The position numbers were made by a program, and so were the translations under genes. Source: an uncultured Planctomycetaceae bacterium (GTDB taxonomy: Bacteria; Planctomycetota; Planctomycetia; Planctomycetales; Planctomycetaceae). Taken from it: DNA of 64,000 nt. Positions within the stretch are counted from its first letter, which is position 1, and each line of letters begins with the position of its first letter. Below, one piece after another: positions 11,639 to 22,885 of the stretch. Below the pieces are notes generated by a model that ran no database searches, was not told where the DNA came from, and saw only the letters and a program-made list of their open reading frames with translations. Location: assembly GCA_963813715.1 (NCBI GenBank), contig CAWFAK010000009.1, positions 640,001-704,000 of the forward strand, given 5' to 3'.

Positions 11639-12379
11639 ATGGAAATTCTTCCGGCAATCGATCTTCGCGGCGGCCAGTGCGTGCGGCTGCGGCAAGGGGA
11701 CTACAACCAGGAGACCGTCTTCGGCGATCCGCTGGAGATGGCCCGCCGATTTGTCGGCGAAGGCGCGACGCGGCTGCATCTGGTCGACCTCGACGGAGCG
11801 CCGGGCTGGGCGGCCCATCAATCACGAAGTCGTCCGAAGGCATCGTCGCGGCGGCCGGCATTCCCTGTCAGCTCGGCGGCGGCATCCGCGACGAGGCGGC
11901 CATTCGCCTCTTGTTGGAAACTGTCGGCGTCGAGCGCGTGATCGTCGGCACGCAGGCCCTCAAGCAGCCCGACTGGTTCCGCGCGATGGTCGGAAAAGTT
12001 TCCCCGGCGCATCGCGCTCGGCATCGACGCCCGCGATTCGATGGTTGCCACCGAAGGCTGGCTCGACGTCTCAAAGACGCCGGCGATCGAGCTGGCCCGA
12101 CAATACGCAGGCCTGGAAGTCGCCGCCGTCATTTACACCAACATCGCCAACGACGGCATGATGCAGGGGATCGACGCGGCAACGATCGGCGACCTGACGG
12201 CCCTCGCGCGACTCGGCTTTCCGGTGATCGCTTCGGGTGGCGTGACGACGGTCGACGACGTCCGCCAACTGGCCGACGCCGCGCGGGATGAACCACACCT
12301 GGTCGGCGCGATCATCGGCCGGGCCCTCTACGAGGGGACGATCACCGTCGCCGCGGCCGTGGCGGCTGCCCGCGGGTAA
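11639..12379 (+). CDS. hisA: ProFAR isomerase HisA (frameshifts near 11800-11835 and 12000)
   Basis: [65 protein letters not shown], spread over three frames. Confidence 0.9.
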
Positions 12380-12536
12380 CCGCGCCGGCGTTCCGCGCCG
12401 ACTCGCACTCACGCTATCGGAATCAAATCAACCCCGGCGATCGTTCCGCCGCGGCGGATCAGCCCGATGGTGCTTTCTGTGCTGGCCCGTCTTACACCAG
12501 GCGGCTCGGATCTGAACGGCGAAGACTAAGAGAAGA

Positions 12537-12570
12537 AAGCACCCCCCAGCTGACGCTGGGGGCTCGCCGG
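12537..12570. repeat. REP-like hairpin family B, copy 1 (possible bidirectional terminator between convergent genes)
   Basis: gcaccccccagctgacgctgggggctcgccgg. The reverse complement matches 25042-25075 at 30/34. Confidence 0.7.
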
Positions 12571-12601
12571 GTCGAATGTGCTTCGGCCATTCAAGTGCGG
12601 C

Positions 12602-15600
12602 TCATTGAGCCGCAGCGCGGGGACCGCCGGTTTTGGCGGGGTCGAGCGCCATCAGCCGCAGCCGCTGGTTGAATGAGCGCAGCTCGATGTACTTTTCGGC
12701 CATGTTGACTTCCAGGGTCTTGAAATTGGAAGCCGACGGGTCGGTCGCCTTGAGCACTTCGTGGCCGGTCCGCTTGTCGAGCACCAGCAGGTTGAAGCTC
12801 CAGTGCCCGAACTCGCCGTTCTTCACCAGCTGGCGGCCGGCGAACAGCAGCACGGGAGAATCGGACAGGAAGTCGAGCACCAGGTTGTGTGCAGGGATGT
12901 GGCTGTTGGACCAGTCGCACGCGCCCGTCCGCAGGTTGTACGCGGTGATGTGGTTGCCCACGTTGAGCGAGCGTTGGAATCCTTCCGGGAACTGCACGGC
13001 GTACGAATGGTGCTGCCGGCTCTGAATCAGGTACAGCCGCTCGTGATCGGTGATGGCGAACGTGTCCCCCTGGCGGAGCAACTCGCGCGGATATTCCTTG
13101 GGAAGCTTGCGCTGTTCGCCCGTCAGCAGGTTCACGATCTCCAACCCGCCCGAGGCCGAAACGGCCAGCATCTGGCTCGGATCAAGCAGCGTGAGACTGG
13201 TGCCGCCCGGATATTCGAGTCGCCACGATTCGCGGGTGGTAATCGGGTCGACCAGCCGCACGACCGTCCGCGCCGGCTCCAGGCCCAGGATTCGCGACGA
13301 GCGGCCGTCGGCCACTACCAGTCCCCGCGGCGTGACGGCGATCGCGGTGACCAGTAGGTCGCCCAGCTTTTGCACGTCGAGCTTTTTGCCGTCCGTCGCC
13401 CGGAACGCGGCCGCCTGGTTGCGGTCGGGCGGCATGACGTAAATCACGTCTTCGTTGCCAAACAGCGTGGCATGCTGGGGCAGATTCGTGCACTTCCAAC
13501 GGACTTCGCCGGTCTGCGAATCGAGCACCGTGAACTCGCGGCGACCGTAGAGGCAAACGTATTCGGTATTGGCCGCCGCCAGCATGCCGCGCTGCGTCGT
13601 CGGGTTGAGCAACGAGTGGCGACTGGTGAACTGGTTTCCCGTCCGCAGGGGCTGCGGCATGGCGACTTGAGGCGAGCGATAATCGTTGGCAGCGCCGCCG
13701 GGGACTTCGATCGAGCGCGTCCAGATCACACTGCGGTCGAGCGGCGAGAGGAAGTGCACGACGTCCCGGTGCAACACGGCCAGTTCGTGCCCGGCCGCAA
13801 TGCCGACCGTGTATTCCCCCTGCCGCGAACGGTTGGTGGAACGCAACGGCAGCATCCAACGGTCGCCGTCGTCCGTCGAGCGGACGATTTCGAGCCGTTG
13901 CCGGCGTTCATCGATGGAGAAGCGGTGCTCGTCGAAATAGGGTTCGTTGCCGCCGCCCAAGAGGAGCTCTTCGATGTGGTTGGACAGATAATTCGTGCCG
14001 AAGCGATGGACCTTGAGGTCAACGTCGCCCCAATCGGGACCGGAATAGGGGTGCGGATCGAGCAGCCCGGCATCCCAACGGCTCTGCACGTAGCTCGCTG
14101 CCGTCTGACCGCCAAAAATTCGCGCTCCCGGGTACCAGGCGGCCAGCCGGCGGTAGGCGGTGGCCGCATCGTCGATCAGGCCGCGCTCGTCCAAGAGTTC
14201 GGCCAGCCGCAACTGGGCGGAGGCTGCGGTCGCATCGTCGGCAATTCGCACCTGCCGCAGCAGCAACCGCTCGGCCCGGAAAAAGTCCTTCTCGGCCGCG
14301 AACTGCTCGACCAGTCCCATTACCACCGACTGGGCGGCCGGATGAAATGCGTACAGCTCGGCAAACCGTTCCTGCATTGCCCGATCGAGGTGGAGGACGC
14401 GATCGGCCTCGCCGGCAAGCACCACGTCGACGCGGGCCCGTTCGGTGGCCGACAGCTTCTGCCAGATCTCGAACAAACGTCCGGCGATCCAGGCGTCGAA
14501 GTCGACGGTGACGTGCGGATCGTCCGCGCGGGGAATCATCACTCCCCGGCGATCCGTGAGCGCCAGTTTTTGCAGCGCGGAAAACGCGTCGCCGTACTTG
14601 CCGACGGCCAGATCGCGTTCGGCCTCGAGCCGTCCGACCAACAGCCGTTCGTCCCCGGTTTGCGCGAGGGCCGAGAGCCGCTCGAGGGAGCGGTCGCTCG
14701 TGGCGTAATCGTGACGAATCGCATCGGTGAGCGCCTCGAGGAGCGCACTGCGATAGGAACGGGCCAAAAGCGGCGCCAGATGCCGCGAGTCGACCCGGTC
14801 GAGCGATTGGATGGCGCGCGCCGGATCGTTATGCAAGAGGGCAATTTCGGCCCGCTTGACCGAGGCCCATTCATCGTGCGGATCGGTCGTCTGCCGCTGG
14901 GCGATCTGCCGCTCGATCGCGTCGCGCTGCTCGAAGGACGTCAGCCCGTAGGCATTGAGCGAGAGCATCATGCCGCGATAGAGCGTAAGGTTGCCCAACG
15001 GACGGCTGCCGGGCAGCAACTGGGCCGTCTCCACGATGCGGCCGCTGTTCAGCTCGATCGTGCAGAGGCGCCCCCCCGGAGCGGCAGATAAAAATGCCCG
15101 GACGACAGCACGCCGCGGCCGCTGGGCGGGCCCAGCGATTCGTCGAGCGACGTGGTCCATTGGGCCTTGCCCGTGTCGATCGCGATCGCGGTCACCGACG
15201 ATTTGCCGACGACGATGGCCGACGACTCGTGCAATCCGGCCAGGTAGAGCTGGTCGTCGCCGCGGGGGAATCGCCAACGCAGCGCGCCCGTCGCCAGGTC
15301 GAGGCAGATCAGGTTCGGTTCCTCGGCGGGAGTGTACAGGACGCGATTGCCGGCGATCACCGGGGCCGACGGGCACCATTGCCCATTCAGCTCGGTCGGC
15401 TGCACCATCGTGTCCCCCTGCTCCCGCTCGCGGCGTTCCACCTGCGGTCGGGGCGAGGAATAGCGATGCATCCACAGCACGGAGTGATCGAGCCGATCGA
15501 CGCCCACCAGCCAGTCGACGGTGGTCGGGCAGACCAGAATGCCGTCGGATGAGGCGACCTGCGCGGTCCGCCAGCGTCGACCCAATTCCTGCTCGATCTT

Positions 15601-17406
15601 GTTGTCGGAGTGGGCCAGCAGCTGTGACCAGCGGACGGCCCCCGACTCGGGATCGATTGCAAAGAGCCGCACGTCGAGATCGCGCTCGCCGACGATATAC
15701 AGCTCGCCCCCGTCGACCAGCGGAGCGCCGAAGAAGAACGAGCCGGCCAGCGGCAGATCGAACGACTCGCCGTTGGCTTGCCCACCCAGCGACCAGACTT
15801 CGCGCCCCGTCGACAGGTCGTACGCGGCGAGCCGGTTGCCCGGCCGCATCGTCCGCTCGCCCTCGGGTCCTTCGGCAATCGGCTGGAAGCCCGAGCCGCC
15901 GGGGCCGTGCATGATCATCGCGTCGTCTTCGATCACGAAGAGCCGCGTGCCGTCGCTTGCAAGCAGGCCGAAATTCGCGTTGCGGAACAACAGGCCTGTC
16001 AGCGGATGACCGTCTGCACTCCCTTCGCCACCGATGAACTCAGTTCCCCACGGCCCGCCGCCGCCGCGGAATCGTCGGAAACCACCCCAGCGTTCCTCGA
16101 ACTCGAAGGGCAACGGGCGGCCGGAGACGATCGCGTCTTCCGAAACCTGCGGCCGGGTCTCCCACAGGAGCTTGCCGGTCGTCGCGTCGATTACGTGCAC
16201 GTCGCGAAGCGTGCGGAAGGCGATGCGATCCTTGATCGTCAGCGGAATGGCAACGGGAATCGCCGCCCGCCCCAGGTCCGAAAGATCCTGCCCCAGCGAG
16301 TCGAGCTGATCGATCACGTGCTTGTTCTGCGTCGACGCGTGCGACCAGCGGCTAAGCAGCAGCGGATCGCCCCCGGCCGGCGTGGCCGCGCGTCGGGCAT
16401 TCCCCTGGAACTGCAGCCACTCGTCGAGCACCGCGGACGACGGCGTGTCCGAGCCGGGCAGGCGCTGCAACAGCTCATCGGGCTTGACCGAATCGCCGCC
16501 GACGCCGACCGTAGCATCGGCCCCGTCGGCGCGCAGTCGCTTCAAGATTTCAGCGCTGACCGCGGCATTGCCCGACTCGCGAAACGTCAGGGCCGCTTTG
16601 AGACGCCATTTCGGGTCGCGCGACCAGGGGGGATTCGACTCGAGCAGCCGCCCGTACCAGATCGAAGCGAGTCCGAATTCGCCGCGATCGAAATGGAAGT
16701 TACCGATCGCGTTGGCGGCTTGCTGCCCCGTCTCGGTGTGGAAGTATTGGGTCGCGACGTCGATCACCTGGTCCCAGTTGCCGGCACGGCGGCCGTCGCG
16801 ATCGAGTTGCCGGGCCTGGGCTTCGTGACGCAGGCGATACGTCTCCAGTTGCGCGGCGGGCAGCCGACCGATCAAACGATTGGCTTCCCAGGCCACCAGT
16901 CCGGGCCGGCCGTCGGGCGTGCGGATCGTGGCATGACCGGCATGGGCCAGCACGACCTCGAGCACGTCGAGTGCCTGGTCCCAGTGGCTCCCTTCGACCA
17001 ACTGCTCGGCCTGATCGAGATGCTTGCTCTGCGTGGCGTTGTGCGGAATGCGGCCATCGATCGAGTCGCGCGGACCGCGACGTTCGGGCGTTGCCGAATC
17101 GTGATCGGTCACCACGTCGCCCACTTCTTCCGGAGGCGCGTGCGACCGCGCGTTCCGGTTGTTGAAGTTCCAGGGAGCGGACCGCGGTGTCGTCCGGCGG
17201 CGGTTCCCGGGGGCACGGGGAAGTTCCGGGGCAGCCGCGTCCTTATCCTTGTCCTTCGCGCCCGCTTCGGGCGGAGGCGGAGCATCGTTCTTTTGAGTGC
17301 GGGGACTGCGGGGCGGCGATTCTTGCCCGGGCAGTGTGTCGCCGGTCAGGAACCCCAGCAGGGCGGCGAAGGCCGCGATCCGCAGCAGCGGGTATTTTTT
17401 TTGCAT
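12602..17406 (-). CDS. Very large (~1600 aa) secreted PQQ-like/BamB beta-propeller protein with TPR-like helical segments (frameshift at G-run ~15071-15077)
   Basis: Signal peptide MQKKYPLLRIAAFAALLGFL. Many DxxTGxxxW propeller blades. The two ORFs join at HFYLPLRGG/RLCTIEL. Confidence 0.8.
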
Positions 17407-17942
17407 CCGGCGACTCACCCCGGCTCGAACGCGGGGCGGCGCCAGCAAACGTTGACGATCCCCGAAATCGACCTGCCAGACCTGGATCCGATCGCGTCCA
17501 GCGCTCCCTGTAAGTATATCGTCGCGACCCCCGGCAGGCTCGCCGATAAGCGGAAATTCGGCCCGCTGCGGCCCGCACCGCGGCGATTCTGCGGCCGGCT
17601 TCTACGAATTCTCGGGAAGCAAATGATCGGGAGACGCACCGGGATCCGCTGCTGGGCCACGGGCGAGAGTCCATCGCCGCGATTTGCGACCGATTTTGCG
17701 GCGTCCCTATCGCGGAAACGCCGATTCTCTCGGCTGGTCGCCAGATTTACTCAAGCGAGCGGAGTCGCGGGGCGTTACCAGAGCTTTCGTAGCGGCACCC
17801 GCCCCCCGTACTGCGATCAGCCGCGTGGGAGGCCGAGAACATCTTCGCGTGTGCGACTCGCTGGGCACTGCGCGTTTCGCGCATCGGGCTGAGCCTCGTC
17901 TCGACGAACGAGCGTCCAGCCGATCGAGCGCGCCTGAACACG

Positions 17943-17995
17943 TTGCAAACTCGCGCCCACTCCCTAAAATTACGGGAAAACCGTAACTTTTTTTT
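17943..17995 (+). promoter_or_regulatory. Sigma70-like promoter with overlapping palindrome and T8 tract upstream of the griC-like gene
   Basis: TTGCAA-16 nt-TAAAAT, then TTACGG-gaaaa-CCGTAA and cTTTTTTTT. Confidence 0.5.
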
Positions 17996-18025
17996 GCGCC
18001 GCTGCGCCCGGGAGCAAATCGATCC

Positions 18026-19156
18026 GTGAACGCCGCCCCCGCACCTGCCTCGAAGGCACCCGCCCAGAATCTTGACGCACTCGTCTCGCAGGCCAAGGAA
18101 CGACTCGACAAGCACACCCGCGAGACGGTCGAGTGGCACTTCAACCCCGAGACCGGCAGCCCGTTCTGGCTGGAGAGAGCCAAAACGCTGGGCTTCGATC
18201 CGCGCAAAGAGGTCCGCTCGTTCGCCGATCTCACGAAGTTCCCGCTGTTCGAGGATGAGTGGCTGCGCGGCGGCCCCGTCCGCCGCTGGATCCCGAAGGG
18301 GCTCGCCGACAAGCCGGCCTACGTCTTCGAGACCGGCGGCACCACGGGCATTCCCAAGAGTCGCGTCGTCATCGAGGACCACTGGATCGACTACGAACTC
18401 TTCAGCGACACGCTCCCCGACGAGTACTTCCCCAAGGGAAGCAACTGGATGATGCTGGGGCCCTCAGGGCCGCGGCGTTTGCGTCTGGCGGTCGAGCATC
18501 TGGCCCATCACCGCGGCGGCATCTGCTTCTGCGTCGACCTCGATCCGCGCTGGGTCGTCAAGCTGTTGAAGAACGGCGACATTCAGGGTGTGAAGGCGTA
18601 CGCCGACCATGTGATCGACCAGGCGATGACCATCCTCTCGGCCGGCCACGACATCAAGTGCATGTTCGCCACGCCCAAGCTGCTCGAGGCGCTGGCCCTC
18701 CGCCTGATGAACGAAGGCTCGAGCGTCGAAGAAGCGGGCATCACCGGCATTTTCGCCGGCGGCACCGAGTTCACGCCGCAATGGTACCGCTTCTGCCGCG
18801 AAGAGCTGTTGGGCCCGAACGTTTACATCACGCCGACGTACGGCAACACGCTGATGGGCCTGGCCTGCGGCAAGCCGTTCGATCCGGCCGACAACTACAA
18901 GATCACCTATTACGCCCCCGAACCGCGGGCGGTGATCGAGGTTGTCGACTTCGCCGACCACACCAAGATCGTCCCCTACGGCGACTCGGGCCGCGTGAAG
19001 CTCTACACTCTCACCAAGGAAGTGTTCATCCCCGGCTTCCTCGAGCGGGATGAGGGCGAGCGGGAAAAGCCGCACGAAAAATATCCCTGGGACGGCGTCA
19101 GCGGCGTCAAGCCCTACCGCGAGTTCGCCAAGACGACCACCGTGGGGGTTTACTAA
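18026..19156 (+). CDS. GriC/EhpF-like truncated adenylate-forming enzyme (aryl-carboxylate reductase component)
   Basis: WHFNPETGSPFWL, FETGGTTG (ANL P-loop), TPKLLE, YGNTLMG, ERDEG. At 376 aa it lacks the ANL C-terminal domain. Family call is from motif recall, not a search. Confidence 0.7.
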   Translation: MNAAPAPASKAPAQNLDALVSQAKERLDKHTRETVEWHFNPETGSPFWLERAKTLGFDPRKEVRSFADLTKFPLFEDEWLRGGPVRRWIPKGLADKPAYVFETGGTTGIPKSRVVIEDHWIDYELFSDTLPDEYFPKGSNWMMLGPSGPRRLRLAVEHLAHHRGGICFCVDLDPRWVVKLLKNGDIQGVKAYADHVIDQAMTILSAGHDIKCMFATPKLLEALALRLMNEGSSVEEAGITGIFAGGTEFTPQWYRFCREELLGPNVYITPTYGNTLMGLACGKPFDPADNYKITYYAPEPRAVIEVVDFADHTKIVPYGDSGRVKLYTLTKEVFIPGFLERDEGEREKPHEKYPWDGVSGVKPYREFAKTTTVGVY

Positions 19157-19157
19157 A

Positions 19158-19271
19158 GAAGTCCGAATGACGAAGCACGAATGACGAAAGAAGCACGAAG
19201 TCCGAAGCACGACAGGGAAAGACCAATTCGTGCTTCAGTCATTAGGGACATTCTTTCGTCATTCGTGCTTT
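19158..19271. repeat. Inverted array of 7-bp tandem repeats (GAAGCAC/GAATGAC/GAAGTCC and their complements)
   Basis: Left arm gaagtcc gaatgac gaagcac gaatgac gaaa gaagcac gaagtcc gaagcac. Right arm gtgcttc ... tttc gtcattc gtgcttt. Confidence 0.85.
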
Positions 19272-19295
19272 TCACGCTAACCGTAAGGTGCGCAC

Positions 19296-20733
19296 ATGCT
19301 CGAAATCCCCGTGATTCGCTGGGGTAAGCCGTACGAGAGCCTGCAACAAGATCCGGTCGTGCACTTCGAGACCGGGAACACCTTGTGCACCGTGCATCAG
19401 GCGAATGGCGGCCTGATTCAGATGGACGTCCGCAAGTCGCAGCGCGCGCGGGACGTGCTCCGCGAGATCCCGATCGCCACGCTCGTCGAATACTGCAAGA
19501 AAGCAGCCGACCTGTATCTGACGGCCAAGCTCCCGCTGGGCAATGGCACGCAGACGCCAGAGGAATTCTGCACCATCCAGGCGGCGACGACGGGCCTGCC
19601 CGAGCACATGTGCGCGTCGAACATGAAGAAGAACCACTTCGTGTTGTCGCACATGGGAGACATCATCGAAGCGCTGAACTCGCGGCCTGCCCTACGATGT
19701 GCTGACTCGCGGTTTCGGCGTCGAAGCGCGCGGGATCACAGTGAGCTACCAGGCCAACGCGCCCGTGCTGGGGGCCGTGCTGCCGTCGAATTCACCGGGC
19801 GTCCACACGCTGTGGCTACCCGTAATGCCGATGCAGGTTGGACTGGTGCTCAAACCAGGTCCGCAGGAACCGTGGACGCCGTACCGCATGTGCGAAGCCT
19901 TCGCCCAGGCCGGCTTCCCTCGCGAGGCGTTTTCGATCTACCCCGGCGGCGGCGAGGTCGGAGCGGCCGTACTGCAAGGCTGCGAGCGGGCCATGATCTT
20001 CGGCGGCACCGCGACCGTGAAGCAATATCACGGCAACCCCCGCGTGCAGCCGCACGGCCCCGGCTTCAGCAAGATCCTGCTCGGCGACGACGTCGTCGAC
20101 AAGTGGGAGGATTATCTCGACCTGATGGTCGACAGCGTGCTCATCAACAGCGGTCGCAGCTGCATCAGTTGCTCGGGCATCTGGGCCTCACGCCACGGCC
20201 GCGAGATCGCCGACGCTCTCGCCAAACGAATGGGGCCCGTCGCTCCGCTGCCGACGAACGATCCGAAGTCGGCCCTGGCGGCCTTCACGCTGCCCGGAGC
20301 GGCCGACGCGATCAACGGCCAGATCGACGCGGCCCTCAAGCAGCCCGGCGCAACCGAAGTCACCGAGAAATACCGCGGCGGCCCGCGGCTGGTGAAAAGG
20401 GAACGCTGCGACTACCTGCGGCCGACCGTGCTGCACTGCACGAGCCCCGAGCACGAGCTGGCCAACACCGAGTACATGTTTCCCTTCGTCTCGGTGGTCG
20501 ACTGCCCGCAGGACAAAATGCTCAGCTCGATCAAGACGACACTCGTCTGCTCGGGCATCACCGAGAACCCCAAGTTCTCCCAGCAACTGCTCGACGCGAC
20601 CCACATCGACCGCCTCAACATCGGCCCCATCAAGACGATCGCCCTCAACTGGCTGCAACCCCACGAAGGCAACATCGTCGACTTTTTGTTCCGCGCGCGA
20701 GCGTTTCAGAACAGCCCGCCGCCGGCACACTGA
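19296..20733 (+). CDS. Aldehyde-dehydrogenase-fold protein, GriD/EhpG-like reductase component (frameshift ~19685)
   Basis: LPSNSP, VLKPG, IFGG, NSGRSCISCS (catalytic Cys), EYMFPFVSV. The usual LELGGK motif is replaced by PHGPGFSK. Confidence 0.75.
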
Positions 20734-20740
20734 GCAGTCG

Positions 20741-20827
20741 GTCTACAGTCCAAGGTCCAAAGTCATAAACCGAGGACCGGACCTGTCGCATCTTTGACCT
20801 TGGACTTTGGACATTGGATTTTGGACC
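20741..20827. repeat. Second inverted array of 7-bp tandem repeats (GTCCAAR / TTGGACN)
   Basis: gtctaca gtccaag gtccaaa gtcataa ... tttgacc ttggact ttggaca ttggatt ttggacc. Confidence 0.8.
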
Positions 20828-20837
20828 CAGGAAAACA

Positions 20838-21434
20838 ATGCTCGACGGATTGAGCGGTACCTTTTCGACCATTCTGGTTGATCCGCCTTGGCGGTTTCAG
20901 AATCGCACCGGGAAGATGGCCCCCGAGCATCGGCGGTTGCGGCGGTATCGCACGATGGACGTCCAGGAGATCCAGTCGCTCCCCGTCGCGAATTACGCAC
21001 GGGACAAAAGCCATCTCTATTTGTGGTGCCCCAACGCCCTGTTGGAGGACGGGCTGTCGATCCTCAAGGCTTGGGGCTTCACTTACAAGACCAACCTGGT
21101 CTGGCTCAAGATCCGCAAGGATGGCGGGCCTGACGGCCGAGGCGTGGGATTCTATTTCCGCAACGTCACCGAGTTATTGCTCTTCGGCGTGCGGGGCAAG
21201 CTGCGGACGTTAGCTCCCGGCCGGCGGCAGGTGAACGTCATCGCCAGGCAAAAGCGCGAGCACTCGCGCAAGCCCGACGAGCAATACCAGCTGATCCAGG
21301 AGTGCAGCCCCGGGCCGTATCTTGAGCTCTTCGCCCGCGAGCGCGTCGCCGGTTGGACGAGTTGGGGCGACGAAGTCGATTCCTACGCCGCCACCCGCCG
21401 CGTCTCGCCGCAATATGCTGGCGACCCCCGGTGA
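20838..21434 (+). CDS. MT-A70 family adenine methyltransferase
   Basis: ILVDPPW catalytic motif, LYLWCPN, WGFTYKT, GFYFRNVTE, HSRKP, LELFAR. AGGAAA upstream of ATG 20838. Confidence 0.88.
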   Translation: MLDGLSGTFSTILVDPPWRFQNRTGKMAPEHRRLRRYRTMDVQEIQSLPVANYARDKSHLYLWCPNALLEDGLSILKAWGFTYKTNLVWLKIRKDGGPDGRGVGFYFRNVTELLLFGVRGKLRTLAPGRRQVNVIARQKREHSRKPDEQYQLIQECSPGPYLELFARERVAGWTSWGDEVDSYAATRRVSPQYAGDPR

Positions 21435-21523
21435 GTCGCGCCGGGTTGAGTCGGTATGCTGGGACAATTCCGGCTCCGACCGTTGTTCCACTCCGAAGAT
21501 GGGCCTGAGACCACGCACCGTTT

Positions 21524-21959
21524 ATGGCGAAAGCAATTCGGATTCTGCTCGGCACCCTCGTCGCTCTGACCCTCGCGGGGGGACTGCTCGTTGCGGTTGA
21601 GCTGTTTAGTGCCGTCGTCTACCCGATGCCGCCCGGCTCCACAAACACCAAAGAGGAAGTGTGCGCGCCACGTGGCCGCTTATCCGCAATGGATCCTCGC
21701 CGTCGTCGTGCCGGCATGGAGCGGGACGGCCCTCGCGAGCACGTGGGTGGCCACCCGCTTAGGAGGACGCGTCGCGGGAATTATCGTCGCGCTCCTCTTG
21801 TTCTCGGCCTTCGTGATGAACCTGGCGATGCTGCCCTACACGCTCTGGTTCAAAGTGACGCTGCTCATCTGCGCACCCCTCGCCTGCCTGCTCGGCGTCG
21901 GCCTGCCGAGACGTCCGCCCATCAACCCAGGAATGGCCGACGCGGCTCCCGCTCAATAA
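21524..21959 (+). CDS. Small 4-TM membrane protein (frameshift ~21665)
   Basis: Hydrophobic segments continue across two overlapping ORFs. Confidence 0.6.
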
Positions 21960-22012
21960 GCGATCCGGATCGATCAAGACGCGCAGGCCAAACCGCGGCC
22001 CAAAGCCGAATT

Positions 22013-22729
22013 TCACGAGGCCGCGCGCCGCCGGCGCCGAACCGGTACGGCAGGAGCGATTGCCGTGATCTGCGGCACCGCGCGATACAGCCATGAGTTG
22101 CCTTGTTTGCCGAGCGCTTCGAGCGCGCCCATTTTTCGCAGGCAATACGCCATCTTTTGCGCGAGCCAGCGGGGCATCGGGGCCAGGCGGGCGATCTCTC
22201 CCGTCGTGAACTGTTCGTCCAGGCCGATGGGCAGCAGCCGCAACAGGTCGGCCGTGTCGCGGAGGGTCACGCGGCCTTCGATCCCCACGAGCAGGCGATC
22301 GGTCACGCGGAAGTCGGGGCCGCGCCACCATTTTTTCTGCGCGGTGACGCGATGCTCCTCCTGGCGGGTCAGCACGACCTCCAGCGTCAGCCGCGGATGG
22401 GGAAAGATGTCGACGAAGTAGACCAGGTCGGCAAACAGGTCGGCGATCGTCTCGTGCCGCGGACTGAGCCGCGTCGACACGATGGCGCCGCCGGCCCGCT
22501 TGCGGCGGACCAACACCTTCTGCGCGGCAAGCGGCTTCACGATCAGGACGTCGTGTTCTTCGAGCAGGCGGCGGATCTTCGGGCGAATGGCGCCGAGTGA
22601 GCCCTGTTGAATTTCGATCAGCCGGCCCTGATGGACGGCGTCGATGCGAAAGGTCCCCAGGCGAACCTCCTGCGACGCGGGCTCCGCCGAGTAGAGGGCT
22701 TTTAGCTGCCGGTGCAGGCTCGTCTCCAT
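22013..22729 (-). CDS. Hypothetical protein with PD-(D/E)xK nuclease-like N-terminus and C-terminal HTH-like segment
   Basis: METSLHRQLK...EV...FRIDAV....LIEIQ pattern. C-terminal FTTGEIA...AQKMAYCLRKMG. Confidence 0.55.
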   Translation of the reverse strand: METSLHRQLKALYSAEPASQEVRLGTFRIDAVHQGRLIEIQQGSLGAIRPKIRRLLEEHDVLIVKPLAAQKVLVRRKRAGGAIVSTRLSPRHETIADLFADLVYFVDIFPHPRLTLEVVLTRQEEHRVTAQKKWWRGPDFRVTDRLLVGIEGRVTLRDTADLLRLLPIGLDEQFTTGEIARLAPMPRWLAQKMAYCLRKMGALEALGKQGNSWLYRAVPQITAIAPAVPVRRRRRAAS

Positions 22730-22885
22730 ACTCGCCGCCTCGCCGCTCGCCGTTCTTGGGGGCGGTGTTTCCGACCCGCCGCTCCTGGGACGGGGATTCT
22801 AGTGGACAGCGGTCGCACGCGGACAGCCGGAATTTGGCTGATTTCGCCTGAGTGCCGATTCGGTTATTCTGACCTTCACCAGATC

